DNA of 63,846 nucleotides, counting the filler, from Reticulomyxa filosa (taxonomy: Eukaryota; Protista; Foraminifera), in the NCBI GenBank assembly GCA_000512085.1. It is 14 parts of 14 records of this genome, joined end to end, with 100 filler letters (N's around TTAATTAATTAA, not from the genome) between each part and the next. Parts side by side here need not be neighbours in the genome. Positions count along the whole stretch, not along the records: positions 24,955 to 27,580 come from ASPP01044115.1; positions 27,681 to 29,599 come from ASPP01021357.1; positions 29,700 to 35,198 come from ASPP01004092.1; positions 35,299 to 37,151 come from ASPP01012350.1; positions 37,252 to 51,920 come from ASPP01020037.1; 9 more parts are not named here. The stretch is one strand, 5' to 3'. Below, piece after piece: positions 24,955-37,296 of this stretch. The notes below the pieces were generated by a model, which searched no databases, was not told the origin of the DNA, and saw nothing but the letters and a program-made list of their open reading frames with translations. Both the position numbers and the translations under genes were made by a program. Position 1 is the stretch's first letter. Each line of letters starts with the position of its first letter.

Positions 24955-27330
24955 GGCGTCGATCTGCGATTTACATGTTCCAACGAGCAAGTGAATCTCG
25001 ATTGTTACAAAAAACAACACTAACTACTAGTGTTGAAATTGGTCGTGAGCGTACGCACATCCGCGATCTTGGCTTTTTAGTCGTCAGTGTGCTGCTGATG
25101 GAAGAAATGGTGATATCGCGAATTACATAAGCATTAATGATGGTGAAAAGATAGAGAAAATTGTTTGTATTTTCTGGCTTAGGTTCGTCAAAGATCATCA
25201 GCGCTTATTCGACAGACTCAAGGCACTCGACTCTTGCAGTGGTGGTCTCTAGATCGACTGTAAACTACAGACGGCGTGTTGGATAAGACTCAATTCTTTA
25301 TATTCGTTGCGTTGTCGCAGTCTTGGAGAACAATAAAGCGCAGATCGTCAAATTTAGTTGGGTTCGAATCGAAGTTGTTTTAAATGTGAAGCGCGTAGCG
25401 ACTTCGGCGTACTCAAGATCGTTGAACCATGGCAATCAAGAACGAATAGATACATAAATTTTTAAGCGCGGCCATTATCCAACGCTAAGATCTGTCTATC
25501 ATTACAAGGGCGACAGAATTGATGAATGTCGTATTTAGAAATTATTCATCCATAAGATTGCATTGAAATAGTTTAAAAAAAATTGTCCCAGTTCAATCGT
25601 GGATAATATTTCTTTTTGGTAAGCTTAGTGTCTGACAGCACCAAAATCCAGAAAGACTTTGCACAAAAAAAAAAAATGATACGACATTAAGACTGGATTG
25701 GCCGAAGCAATGGAAAAATTGAAGACAAAGAAAAAGTGCCAGTCGATAAATGGATCGACGAGTCAAAAGTCGCTATGTTATTTGTCGAACAAAACAAAAG
25801 CTGGATACTTGCAAATGTGTTGGTGGCGCTGGGCCCTGTTGAGTGCAATATTTATGTAAGCGGTCGAGTCCTCTCTCTTTCTTCTCTCATCTCAAAGACG
25901 CTGTCGCTGTGGATATAAACTAATTGTTCGGTTATCAAAAACCGAATTACTCAAATTTGAAAAGTGAAATGGTCTGCCGTTGACAAGATCGCCACTAAAA
26001 AAAGTGTTAGCTCTAGGGAAGAGCCTTTCAATGATACCAGCTTCCCCCCAAGTCACAGTTCAATTGTTCCAAATAACGGGATGATTGATGAAAGCATTAT
26101 CATTGAAACCAACACATACATTCCAACACAAGAGTCCAAAGTATTTTGTTGGTAATTTGTGTGCCTGTCTCTTTTCGTTACCTGACACTATAATTCGTAA
26201 TTGAGTCCATTGCCTGAAAAAGTTTTGTTTTATGTGTACATATTTGATATATAACATCTCCATAACGTATATTCATTATTTATTTATATTTGTGGTATAT
26301 GTTGCTTGAACTTTTTGAATAGTTCTTTGAAGGTGTGCAAATGGAAATGGGCAAGTTGCTGTTACTATTGCCATTGATGCTGAAGTGAATCCTCAGCAAA
26401 AATGGTTCTGGTAATAGCAACGGTGTATTGATTGTGGATTATGGTGTTATTCTTTAAATAACGTATAATTTGGACAAAAAAAATAAAGGTCCATATCAGT
26501 GCAATGTGCTCATGATAGATTGAAAGGATGAGCTGCGCAACCTGTATTCCAAGTTATAATATTTTTTTATAATGCGATTGAAAACAACTTAAAACATTTA
26601 TGATGAATACTCACATATATAACATAGGTCTTAATGAACACTTGAACATTGAAAAGTGTGGTTGCGGTGCAGCAAGCAAGGACGAAGTCAAATAATGCCA
26701 AGTTTATGGCATATCCAATTGCGAGTATTGTAATTTCTTTTTATTTTTTTTAATAATAACGTAAATGTCTCTCCAGCTAACATAATTTCTTTAGCACCAA
26801 ATCATGTTTATTATAAAAAATTTCTGCATTCTAATATCTTAAATCTAAAAAACTTCAAACCTATCTGCATATTTTCGTTTTCACTTGCGTCTTTGCAAAA
26901 AACTGATATTGGAATTAATTGCGATGATATGCAATAAATTCTTATATTGCTCAGAGTTAGTGCAAAAAAAAAAAATAAGCGCTCTAAAAGAGCCACGCGA
27001 AGCGTCGATTGTCGAAATAGTAATTAACTCTTGCCACTATTCCTGGCAAAAAAAATCTCGAGTAACGTACAAGATAAAGGAACAAAAAGACTAAAAAGAA
27101 AAAGTTTGAATCCAATGAAGCAATTAGAACAAAAGTAGCAGTAGTATTGGTGATTTGAAGTTGGGGAGATGTGCAAGTTGTTTGGACATGAAAATGAACA
27201 AAGGACTCTGAAATATCAGAAATGCAGAAGAAAGTGATAAAAATACAAATAGTAAAACAAGAGTTTAAAAAAAAAACAATGCAAATGGAATTTCACCCTG
27301 CCAAACGCATTTCCACAAACAAAGATTGCT
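24955..27330 (+). pseudogene. Highly degenerate calpain-like gene
   Basis: EEPFNDTSFPPSHSSI at ~26020, with remnants resembling GKW..V.ID, YDRLKGG..P.FQ and NP.G motifs downstream. Many stops and frameshifts. Confidence 0.5.
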
Positions 27331-27680
27331 GTCTTCTGAGCCAGAGAAATTAATTTTATGATATTAAGAAGGGAATTTCCACAATCGAATATAGAAGTAA
27401 TAGTGTCAATGTTCTCTCAATTTTTGATAGCTGTTTTCCAGATGCTGCATCCCAATTCAGATATTTTGGAAATAACAGTTTGAATATGAATATCGATCCA
27501 TTGGTTCCACTCTCTAGACCAAATCGTTTTACCAAGGTGGTAAGATAGTTCAAATGAGTTGAACAAGAAATAGTTCTTCCNNNNNNNNNNNNNNNNNNNN
27601 NNNNNNNNNNNNNNNNNNNNNNNNTTAATTAATTAANNNNNNNNNNNNNNNNNNNNNNNNNNNNNNNNNNNNNNNNNNNN

Positions 27681-29599
27681 AAAAAATGGTATTCCATCAT
27701 TAAAGTGCCAATCCAAACTTTGGCCGTACTGGAAATGCCCGCTCAATGTGTGTCTCATCACAAGAGACACAATTTTTTTCAAATGCTAACTTCATCCGCT
27801 CCAGTGGAACAGTTGGACAAGATCCAAGCCCGGAAAGTTGGATCTTGGTACAGCCAGACGACGAAAGAAAGTTCGCCAAGAAGAAAAAAAAGAATGATGC
27901 TGCGATACGCGCAAAGTAGAAAAAATACTAACATTTGTGGTGTCGCAACGGCGGCAGAGAAGGAGTTGGAGTCGATGAACAAAAGATCGTGAAATTTGTC
28001 AAAAAATAATTATTTACGGCAATCGAGAAAACCACTCATTGGAAGAGAACATTCCATAGATAGTGGTTCAACTTGGTAGAAACGTTGTGCGAAACTTAGT
28101 AACAATAGCAAGCAAGCATAAAATGTGAGATGAGAATGAAGAAAAAAAAGGTAAGCTCGTGTTGGATCTATTAAAAAAAAACAACAAAACGAACCCGTCC
28201 ACAGATATGCTAAGTGGTTATATACTGAATCTTCATGCCTGCAAGTGGAGACCTCGTGTTTCCAGACCTATACTACTTTCACATGGAACGCGCCAATCAA
28301 AGATAATGAATAAGTATGTGGAAATATCTAGCAGTGGTAATCTGAACAATTGGAAATAACTTGGCCATCAACATAGGTGTGTACAAGTCTCTGGCGCTTT
28401 GCCACTCCAACAATTATCTGCAAAGAGTGCGCCAGACTGCACTTTACAAACTCTAACGAACAAGTGAAACGAGTTTATTATAAAAATAATGCTGACTACT
28501 CGTGTCGAAATTGATCGTGTGCATACGCACGACCATGAGGGACAACACCAATGTGGTGTCCCTCATCATAAGGACGACAAGATTGGATGAACATTGTATT
28601 TTGAAAATATCCATCATATGATGGTATTGGAATAGTTAATTGTCCCCAGTTCAATCGCGGACAATCTTTCTGTTTGGTAAACTTGCTTTCGTAGTCGGGT
28701 AGCGCCAAAATCCACGAAAGAAAAATGTGAAAATATCGCGCAAAAATTAAAAACGATATCGACATCAAGGTGTCATCACCGCAGCAGCGGCTGGGTTCAT
28801 TGAAGAAATGGAAAAAAATGGAAGACAAAGAAAAATTGGATGCGAAACAATCACATTTTGCGATCGAATAAGCCACTCTTACGTGAAGCCATTCTCCCGA
28901 TGTTGTTGTGGCTCCAATTTGGTGAATGATACTCAAGCCAAAGGTCGTCAGTGAACAAAAAGATGAAGATGAGACTGTTGACGATAAAGAAGAAAAAAAG
29001 TATTCCAAGGCCATACCATCATTGATTTGTTTTAAAAAGAAAAAAAGATTATTTGCCGATGCTATTTGGTTATGACTCTTCATAGCCACAAGTAGCGACG
29101 TTGCGCATTCTTAACACGGATTAATTTCACATAATGCGCTCCCTCAATGGAAGCTACTGGATGGGTATGACAATATCAAGCGCAATGCCAACGATGATGA
29201 TAATGATAACGGCTACGATGGTCACGAAACGCAGTCCATGTTATATTCTATTCATTTGTCAATTATTTCAAGATATGGACTGGTGTTTTGTGCGTGCCGA
29301 TATTTGGGTGTTGCTGTTGTTGCTGTGCGCAGAAGAGGCTAATGTTGTTGCGCCTTATTGCAAAAAGCAACAGGGCCGTACCAATCGATAATTGGATCGA
29401 CTATTCAAAAGTTGCTCCATTATTTGATCAATGAAAATAAAGGCTTGAATATTGACATATGTTGGTGGCGCTGGGCATTGCTGAGTGAATACGTAGGCAA
29501 TATTTTGTTAGCAGTCGAACCCCCTATATTCTTTCTCATCTCAAAGAAGTGATTGCTGTGGATATGAAGGAACTTTTTGGTTACCAAAAAACTGAATCA
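27681..29599 (+). pseudogene. Degenerate paralogue of the 5' part of the 24955-27330 pseudogene
   Basis: Collinear nucleotide blocks are shared with 24980-25950, e.g. AATTGTCCC(C)AGTTCAATCG at ~25581 and ~28638, and TGGTGGCGCTGGGC...TCTCATCTCAAAGA at ~25820 and ~29463. Confidence 0.65.
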
Positions 29600-29699
29600 N
29601 NNNNNNNNNNNNNNNNNNNNNNNNNNNNNNNNNNNNNNNNNNNTTAATTAATTAANNNNNNNNNNNNNNNNNNNNNNNNNNNNNNNNNNNNNNNNNNNN

Positions 29700-29766
29700 A
29701 GATATTTGCATTTAAGTAAAAAACTTCAGAAAATTCGCAACATGTGAACATTTTTGACTGCAACTG
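29700..29766. mobile_element. Right end of a second copy of the hairpin MITE (family A)
   Basis: Near-identical to 52808-52871. Ends CAACTG|TA. Confidence 0.85.
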
Positions 29767-31743
29767 TACAATTCAAAAGAAACAATAACAAGAAGGATTA
29801 GGAGAATATTATTGGAAAAAAACAAAATTTTTTTTCACTACCACATACTTTATAGATGAACTTTATCGTTTGAAGCATATAGAGCCAAATTCTCAAAATC
29901 ACTTATTTGAATAATCTTTTTTGTTTTGGTAAATGATTTTCTTATCATTACCCAAAGAATTGTTATATTTTTCAAACATATTTTTTCTGTTCCACGAGAA
30001 TGAAAAAGCTTTATAGAATTTTCGTGTAAAAAAAAGAATATGATTGAAATTAAATTTAAAAAACCATTCTTTTAGAAAATATAATTTAGCCGTTTTGTAA
30101 AAAAACTAATGTATAGATCTCACAGTATCAGAATGTCCTTCTAATTTTACCCCACAATCAAATTATTTCAGATACAATAATTTGAAGATTTGGAAAATAT
30201 TTTACACATTTACAACTTCTGAACTTCAAAATAAAAAAAGGACTTGACATCATGCTTACACAATTTCAACAAGCGTTCCCCAAGATAGATAAAGGAGTCA
30301 AATGGAATTGAAAAAAAAGTGCTTTTGCAAGTGCCTCCAAATATTTTTGCATCCCTTCAAAGTTGTGCTTGTCAAGACACTCTGTTGAATTATTTATATA
30401 ATCGGTCAAATGTTTTTTCCAAGTTGGCAGAGCCTCGTGCCAAGTGATGTCGTGGGGATCTTGGATGCAAATACTTCAACTGAAGTAACTTTAACTTTGA
30501 AATAAGTCGAACTAAATATAAAAGTAAAAGAATACTGTAAAAGATTGGAAACATTTGTGAATTGAATATTTGTATTGGAATTATTATTGACATTATTTAC
30601 AATAATAATGTCAGCATTTCGTGTAAATCCTTATTTATTACGAGTGATAATAATCAAAAAAGAATGATTAATCTCACAATAATTTGAAAACTTGTGTCGT
30701 TTTCTTTTTAAAACTTTTTTTGATTATTTGAGAAAATATTTTCACAAAATATTCAATTACTTTTTGATATTAAACAATTATATCAAATATTTCATAATCC
30801 ATTATTCACATAGCGTTCTGTTGTAGTTTCGCTTTGAACAGAAAAAAAGAGTTTTTAAACGGAAGAGTCAATACCTTTTTTTTGTTTTGTTTTGTTTTTT
30901 TGTTCTTTTTTTTCTGTTTTGAAGAGACCAGTTATAAAGTAACTTCTTTTATTATTCAAATAACTGTGTTTTTTCTTCAAAATGTAAATGTAGTTTTTTC
31001 TTAAAAGCAGTTAAATTTTTTATTTGCGGAAAACTGTGTTTTAAGTGAAAAAGTTAAAAATTTTATTTTATATATTTTGTTAATTATAATGATTAAAAAC
31101 ATGCTGCCAATGAACATTATGATTAAAAGATAATATGATATATTTTTTAAATAAATTTTTCTTTTTTTAAAAAAAAAAATTTGTTTATAATATTGTTTGT
31201 TTTTTTTTTAATAGAAAATCGCTAAGATTGAACGTGATAATACTTTTTTTCTAAAATATTAATCATGTCTTCTATATTTATTTTTCTTACTTTGTTTATT
31301 TTTATTGTCTTCTTGTTTTGATTGAAATGAAATATGTTATTTTTTTTTTCATTAATAAAATTGCAAATGTTTTTGACAGTTGCATTTGATACTTGTTGAT
31401 TTTCTTCATAAAGAATAAAACTTGGCACACAAACAATCTGTTGCAATAAGTATATCCGCACTTTTAAGTCAAACGTACATTAGTCCAGCAAGAATAGTGT
31501 TTATACGTAGTTTCTAGTGATTGTCTATGTTTGTTCATGTGCATTGGATAAAAAGCATACAAAAAAAAAAAGGACTTACTTGACACAAAGAAATGGGGGG
31601 GGGGTGGGGGTATGATGTTCAAATGAATGAAAAGAGATATCGAAACGTCATTTTGAAAGCAGTCTAAATATCCGGGGAGAGGGGAGGGGGGGGGGACACA
31701 CGATTGCAGCAACAAAAGACAAAGCAAGAAACAGCCCACAAAT

Positions 31744-33841
31744 TTAAGCGACAGTTTTGACAGAATTTCTGGGCAAGAATTTTTGTTGAACGGCAGCTTT
31801 CATATCTTGGATTTGTTTTGGCATCTTATGTTCCGTGAGATGTTGATAGCGCCAAGGTACATTGGAACGCAACATGCGCGTTTCCAGTTGTTTGTTAAAG
31901 TCCTTGGCGCTGATATCCTTTACCAAGGCAATCCTGGGCGGGTCATGTGTCTGCTTAACCACATTATCTTTCATAAGCATTCCCAAAGCAGTCTTGAACT
32001 TTCGTTTTCCCATTTGAAAGATATGCTTACATAATTGCGGCGAGATTTGGTCTGTCAAGTTGATGCTGCCCCCACAATACTTTAACACGTCTACAATGCG
32101 ATGTTGACAATGCAACATCCTCGACCAAAAGTGCGGATTTTCGGTGTGGATTTCAATTCCACTGTCTGCGATGCGAACCACATAACCCTCGTAAATATGT
32201 CTGATCTTCATCGGGAAATGGATATTGGCCGTCCGAATAAACCCTCTGTGTTTATTATTTATTAACAAGCGGATGTCGCCACTCGGAAGATACTGTATTG
32301 GTTCAATCACCACTTGTTGATAGAGTTTGTAAAGTTTGAACGCTTGTTTTTCCGATAACACTTCGCACATTCAAACCAATTATTGTATACGTATATACGT
32401 ATAAAAAAAAAAATAATAATAATAAAAAATAAAAATAAAAACAAAACGTTTTGCTCTTGGACAGTTGAGTGTGGTTCTTTTTTTGGGCTCCTTTTTGAGG
32501 AACCCAGGCAAAGAGGGCTGCTCAATATTTGTGCTTTGATTCAAAAAGTTGGCGAAATCATTCCATCCGACAAGGTTAATGTGGTGTTCTAATTTCTTCC
32601 AATCGATTGCATTGATAATCTCTTTCGTCGTCTTTGCTTTGGGAATGAGTGCGTCTGTGGTGTCGTTCGCATTGACGCGCGCGACCGTCAAAGAATCGGG
32701 ATGAGACGGGGCAAGTGCCAACTTGTTGTTATTGTTATCATTATCGTTATTGTTATTATTGTTGTTATTATTGTTGTTATTATTGTTGTTGTCATGTTTT
32801 TGTTGCTCTTTCTTTTTGGACGATTTGGAAGGGTGAGGTTTGGTTTGAAGCAGAATGGACTTGGTGTTGATGTCAGTGTTGGTGTCAGTTCGAAACTGCG
32901 GTTTGACGAGATGATCGACGGACAACAACTCCTTCCAATCCAAATGGACGGTCGGATTTTTCCAATCCAATTGCTCGGAAATTTCGGCTTCCCATTGTTT
33001 TTTTGTCAATAGTTGAAGCAAATCTCTGTCTTCATCATCGCCACTATGAGTGTCATCGTCATTGACATTGACATTGACATTGACATTGACATTGACATTA
33101 GTAGTTTCGCTCATTTCATTCGCCATACTTTGGATCAGCTCTTGTGGGTGCTGCTTTATCATTTCGTTCCATTCCTTATTTCTTGTCTCTGATTGCAGTA
33201 ACAGCGGCAGGCGATGTGCTGCCAAATATTCCATTCTCTTTCGGCTGCGCTCTTCCGCTTCTTGCTCACGCTCCGCTCGGCTTTGACGATACCATCTTTT
33301 TTTGTATGATCTTTCTCTTGTCGCACTCATTGCTTTCTGCTCTTCATCAAACGATCTTATCCTTGGCAGGGATTTTGTCATTTTTGTTCGATTTTTTCAA
33401 CTTTTCTCCCCCCCCATCACAACCAAGAAATTTTTTTTTATAAAAAAAAAAAAAAAGAAAAGAAAATTCCGAGGAAATTTCTTGGTTTAAAAATAATAAT
33501 AATAACGTACACACTGTTGCTGAAGTTTTTTGAAGTGCTGCAATCTTGTCCAACCTCTCCATTGACAACTGGCGACGACGTTTACTCCTCAAACTGCCAC
33601 TATCTTTTGATAATGCCACGTCGTTTGCTCTCGCTTCTTCCTTGCCTTCTTTGGCCCGTTGATACTGTACTCTTTTTCTTATCTTTCTTCGCTTTTCTTT
33701 TTGAAGGTCTTGCAGCTTTGGCTTCAAACTTTCATAATACTCTGCAGAAGCCTCGGGCTTGGTCGCGAAGGTATATGATGAACTCCATATTGTTGTAAAA
33801 TTAATATTAAGAGGTCTGAAACGCAGCCGGCTGAGCAGCAT
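31744..33841 (-). CDS. CvfB-like S1 + winged-helix RNA-binding protein with N-terminal mitochondrial-type presequence and low-complexity linker, about 3 exons
   Basis: Last exon: LLINNKHRGFI...YEGYVVRIADSGIEI...IVDVLKYCGGSINLTDQISPQLCKHIFQMGKRKFKTALGMLMK. N-terminus MLLSRLRFRPLNINF is Arg/Leu/Ser-rich with no acidic residues. Confidence 0.7.
32725..33098. repeat. Coding microsatellites: (TTA/TTG)n encoding poly-Asn (~32725-32792) and (ACATTG)n encoding NVNVNV (~33060-33098)
   Basis: Direct reading of the sequence. Confidence 0.85.
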
Positions 33842-36438
33842 TATTATTTACTCACGGTTTTTCGCATATACTATACTTAAAAAAGGGGGTTAAACTGAAA
33901 CAAAGTTAAAACAACGACAAAGAGTAAAAAGAATTTTTGAAAAATATATCAGTAACGACTCTTTAGATAAAAATATTTCATATTTTAAGCAAATTTTGAA
34001 TATGTGACAGCTAAGCTGAGATATATCGCTTAGTATGTTAAAACATTGTGCAGTAGATTCTAGTTATAAATTTAAAATATTGCTATCTAGCAAATGATTA
34101 ACAAAACGCAATGGTAATTGATAAAAATTTATCACAATATCAAAATATTTCAAAAACAAACGAAATTTCTGGAATGTTAAAGGAAATTTTAGAACGCTTG
34201 TCGATTTCCTTTTTAATTCAGTTGTAAAACAAAATTTCTATGTGTTCAGATGATGTAACTAAGGTGTAGCTTCAAGATAGTGTACACTTAAGAAAAATCA
34301 TTATTTCACGATAGTTGATAGTATTATTAAATTTTTGTATTTGTTTATTTTTCTTTTAATCAAATTTTTTTAAGTTATTTACTTTTCTTTTTGAACTATT
34401 TGTTATTTTAAAATATGTCTTAATATTTGCTGCCATTATTAGTTTAGAAAAAAATTAAAAACAAAGAAAAGTTGTAGTTCGACATAATTTGCCAGGGCCG
34501 TCTGCTCAAATTGATTGGTCATGTTAGGCTTCATTGGAACCATATTTTTGTTTATTTGGTTTATTTTCAAATGGATCTTCTTTGCATTTCTATTTATATT
34601 ATTCCTGGCCGCTTCAATAAGCTCTGTTGGATTTTGTAGCAACTACTTCTGGCCTCATATTTACGACAACAGCCGTTAGTGGTCGAAAAAAAAAACAAAA
34701 ACAAAAACAAGTATGTGCATACAGATAACTGTGCATTTACAAAAAAAACTTTTTGTTGTGATAACGATGAAAACTGCATGTGAACAAAACGCAAGAATTC
34801 CAGCGAGGATACGCCTCTCGCAGTTATGTATGTTTATGTTCGTACCTTTAATGATAAGTAGTTGACATAAGCATTGCACATGCATATGTGCACGATCAAA
34901 GGCGGTCGACATCAACCGAAGCGGTCATGTTTGTATCACTATTGGTGTCCAATATTGAAAAGACGAGAAAAAGAAAAGCAATTACAGACAATGCGCAATA
35001 AAAAGAAAAGCAAAGTAATGCAGCGGCCGACAAAGACAAGTAAGAAAGAACATGCAAAATCAAAGGCAGTAGCAACCAAGTCGTATCCCAGCACAAAAAA
35101 AAGTGGCGAGCTTTCCAACGTCAACTCGAACGAAGTGGCGAGCGTGAGGTATAAACAAAAGAATTGAATTAGACGAACATATCAATAAATTTTTTTTTNN
35201 NNNNNNNNNNNNNNNNNNNNNNNNNNNNNNNNNNNNNNNNNNTTAATTAATTAANNNNNNNNNNNNNNNNNNNNNNNNNNNNNNNNNNNNNNNNNNNNTT
35301 ATGATATTGTTGGACAATTGTTAAATATAAAAAAAAAAATTTTTTGTTTTTTTTTTTTAATGTTTTTGTTGCCACAATATTGTCCGTTAGATTTGGTTTA
35401 ATTGGTTTCATTTTCTGTTTTGTTTGTGCTCGCTGTAATAAGATGGGATCGCGTCAATCTGGTTTTAGCCTATGTTTTGTTTTTTTGTGATCCACCGCTA
35501 AATTAAGTACCTCTTTGACACAAATGTTGTGAGAATGGGTGTTTTGTAAAGAGAAAACTTCCGTACTTTCCACATCAGGACACTTTATTTTCAAGCAGAC
35601 AATTGACTCATTTCTGATTTTTTTCACTCGAATCAAAAAATACATTAAATAATTATGTGCAAACACTTTCAACAGTAGACTAAAGTTGCATATCAGTAGT
35701 ACATTACACTTTGCAATTATATTATTTGATTTGCTACAACGTAAATTTCAATCTTTTTTTATTTAACATAAATTGCGTCCAATATCTATGTGAAGAGAAT
35801 ATATCCCATATCCACCGTTCTATTGAGCAAAAACATTATAATGTATTATAAGGCAGTAGCTATCGAAATTCAAATGCAATAAAAAAAGGTAGCAATATGA
35901 AAATTTAAAATATTAAAAAATGTTAATATCAGCAAATGAAATCTGTTACAATGTTTCAATAAATGAAATAATACCATTTACTAACAAAAACAAAAAGAGT
36001 ATTGTGGTCATTAAATTTTTGATAAGCATAGAGCAAAACAAAAAAAATCAAAACCTAAATCCGATTAAAATTAGAATTGAACAATGTATATTGACATATA
36101 TCGGAAATCTCATTCCAACAATTGCCATATTTTTTTCTGTGAACAAAACAACTCCCTATTTTGTAAAAAAAAAGTGCTGGCGAATATTCTCTTTTTCTTT
36201 TTTTGACAAAAATACAGAGTTGAACCTGCGTCATATCTAGTGGTCTAGTCTTTCTTTTATTTATTTTTTTTACAATGAACTTCTTCTAAATTTCTTTATT
36301 TCAAAAAAGTTGGACTAAAACAACAAAGGGCTCTAGTTTTTTTTTGTTCCCCTTTTTTTGTTTTGTTGAGTACTCGTTTTTTGCCTACTTTTCCAAAGTT
36401 TGTTTACATTGTTTGTAGAATTCAAATCCAAAGCTAGA

Positions 36439-37020
36439 ATGTTGTGGTGGAGTATTGCAGCTGCACTTGCTTTAGTACCAGCCAGTGCTTAGTATTGGTG
36501 ACGAGTTGGTCGAACCCGACGAATTAGAACTGAGTGGTGTACCGACCGTGTTGAGTGTGGAGAAATGTGTTTGGAACGTGTCAGGAGGTCTAGCAACCTT
36601 ACAAACCCGTTGTTACTGCTATGACCTGGGCAGCCAGCACAAGTGCAGCATACCTGGACCAACATTGGTATTTAGGAATGGTAAAAATGGATTTGTTCGC
36701 TTGCAAAACAGGTTCATTTTTTTTTAAAAAAAAAAAGAAAGAAGGCATTTTCTATTTGCTTTTTGCTTTTGATACACAAAAAGATTGGTTGGAGAAAAAG
36801 CGTTGGATTTTGGAATGAACCATCAAGTTGCAGACATGGTGACTCATGACCCAGACGTGGTGAATCTGCATGTGCATGGTCTCCACGTAGATCCTGCAGT
36901 TGACGATGTTGTGAGCAGATTTATCGATCCCGACACAAGTTGTACTGCTCCCGATTATAAGGACTGTACCCTTGATTATAACTTTTCAATTCCAACAAGT
37001 CATTATCCTGGGTTGCATTG
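36439..37020 (+). CDS. Secreted multicopper oxidase, 5' part (apparent frameshift just after the signal peptide)
   Basis: Signal peptide MLWWSIAAALALVPA, then IPGPTL, NLHVHGLHVDP (HxH) and IPTSHYPGLHW followed by an intron. Confidence 0.85.
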
Positions 37021-37296
37021 GTAGTTGAGTGGTCGATACAAATAGGGGGGAGAAGAAATGGTTTATACGTATACGTATACGTATACCAATCAAAATACGT
37101 CTTTTATACATATAAAAAAAAAAATAATAATAATATATATAATAATAATAANNNNNNNNNNNNNNNNNNNNNNNNNNNNNNNNNNNNNNNNNNNNTTAAT
37201 TAATTAANNNNNNNNNNNNNNNNNNNNNNNNNNNNNNNNNNNNNNNNNNNNAAAAAAAAAAAAAAACAAAAAAAAAAAAAAAAAAAAAAAATGTAT

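Noticed and set aside
34520-34680. Possible U-box remnant (…KEDPFENKP) on the minus strand
   Set aside because: Too degenerate, with multiple stops; cannot be supported.
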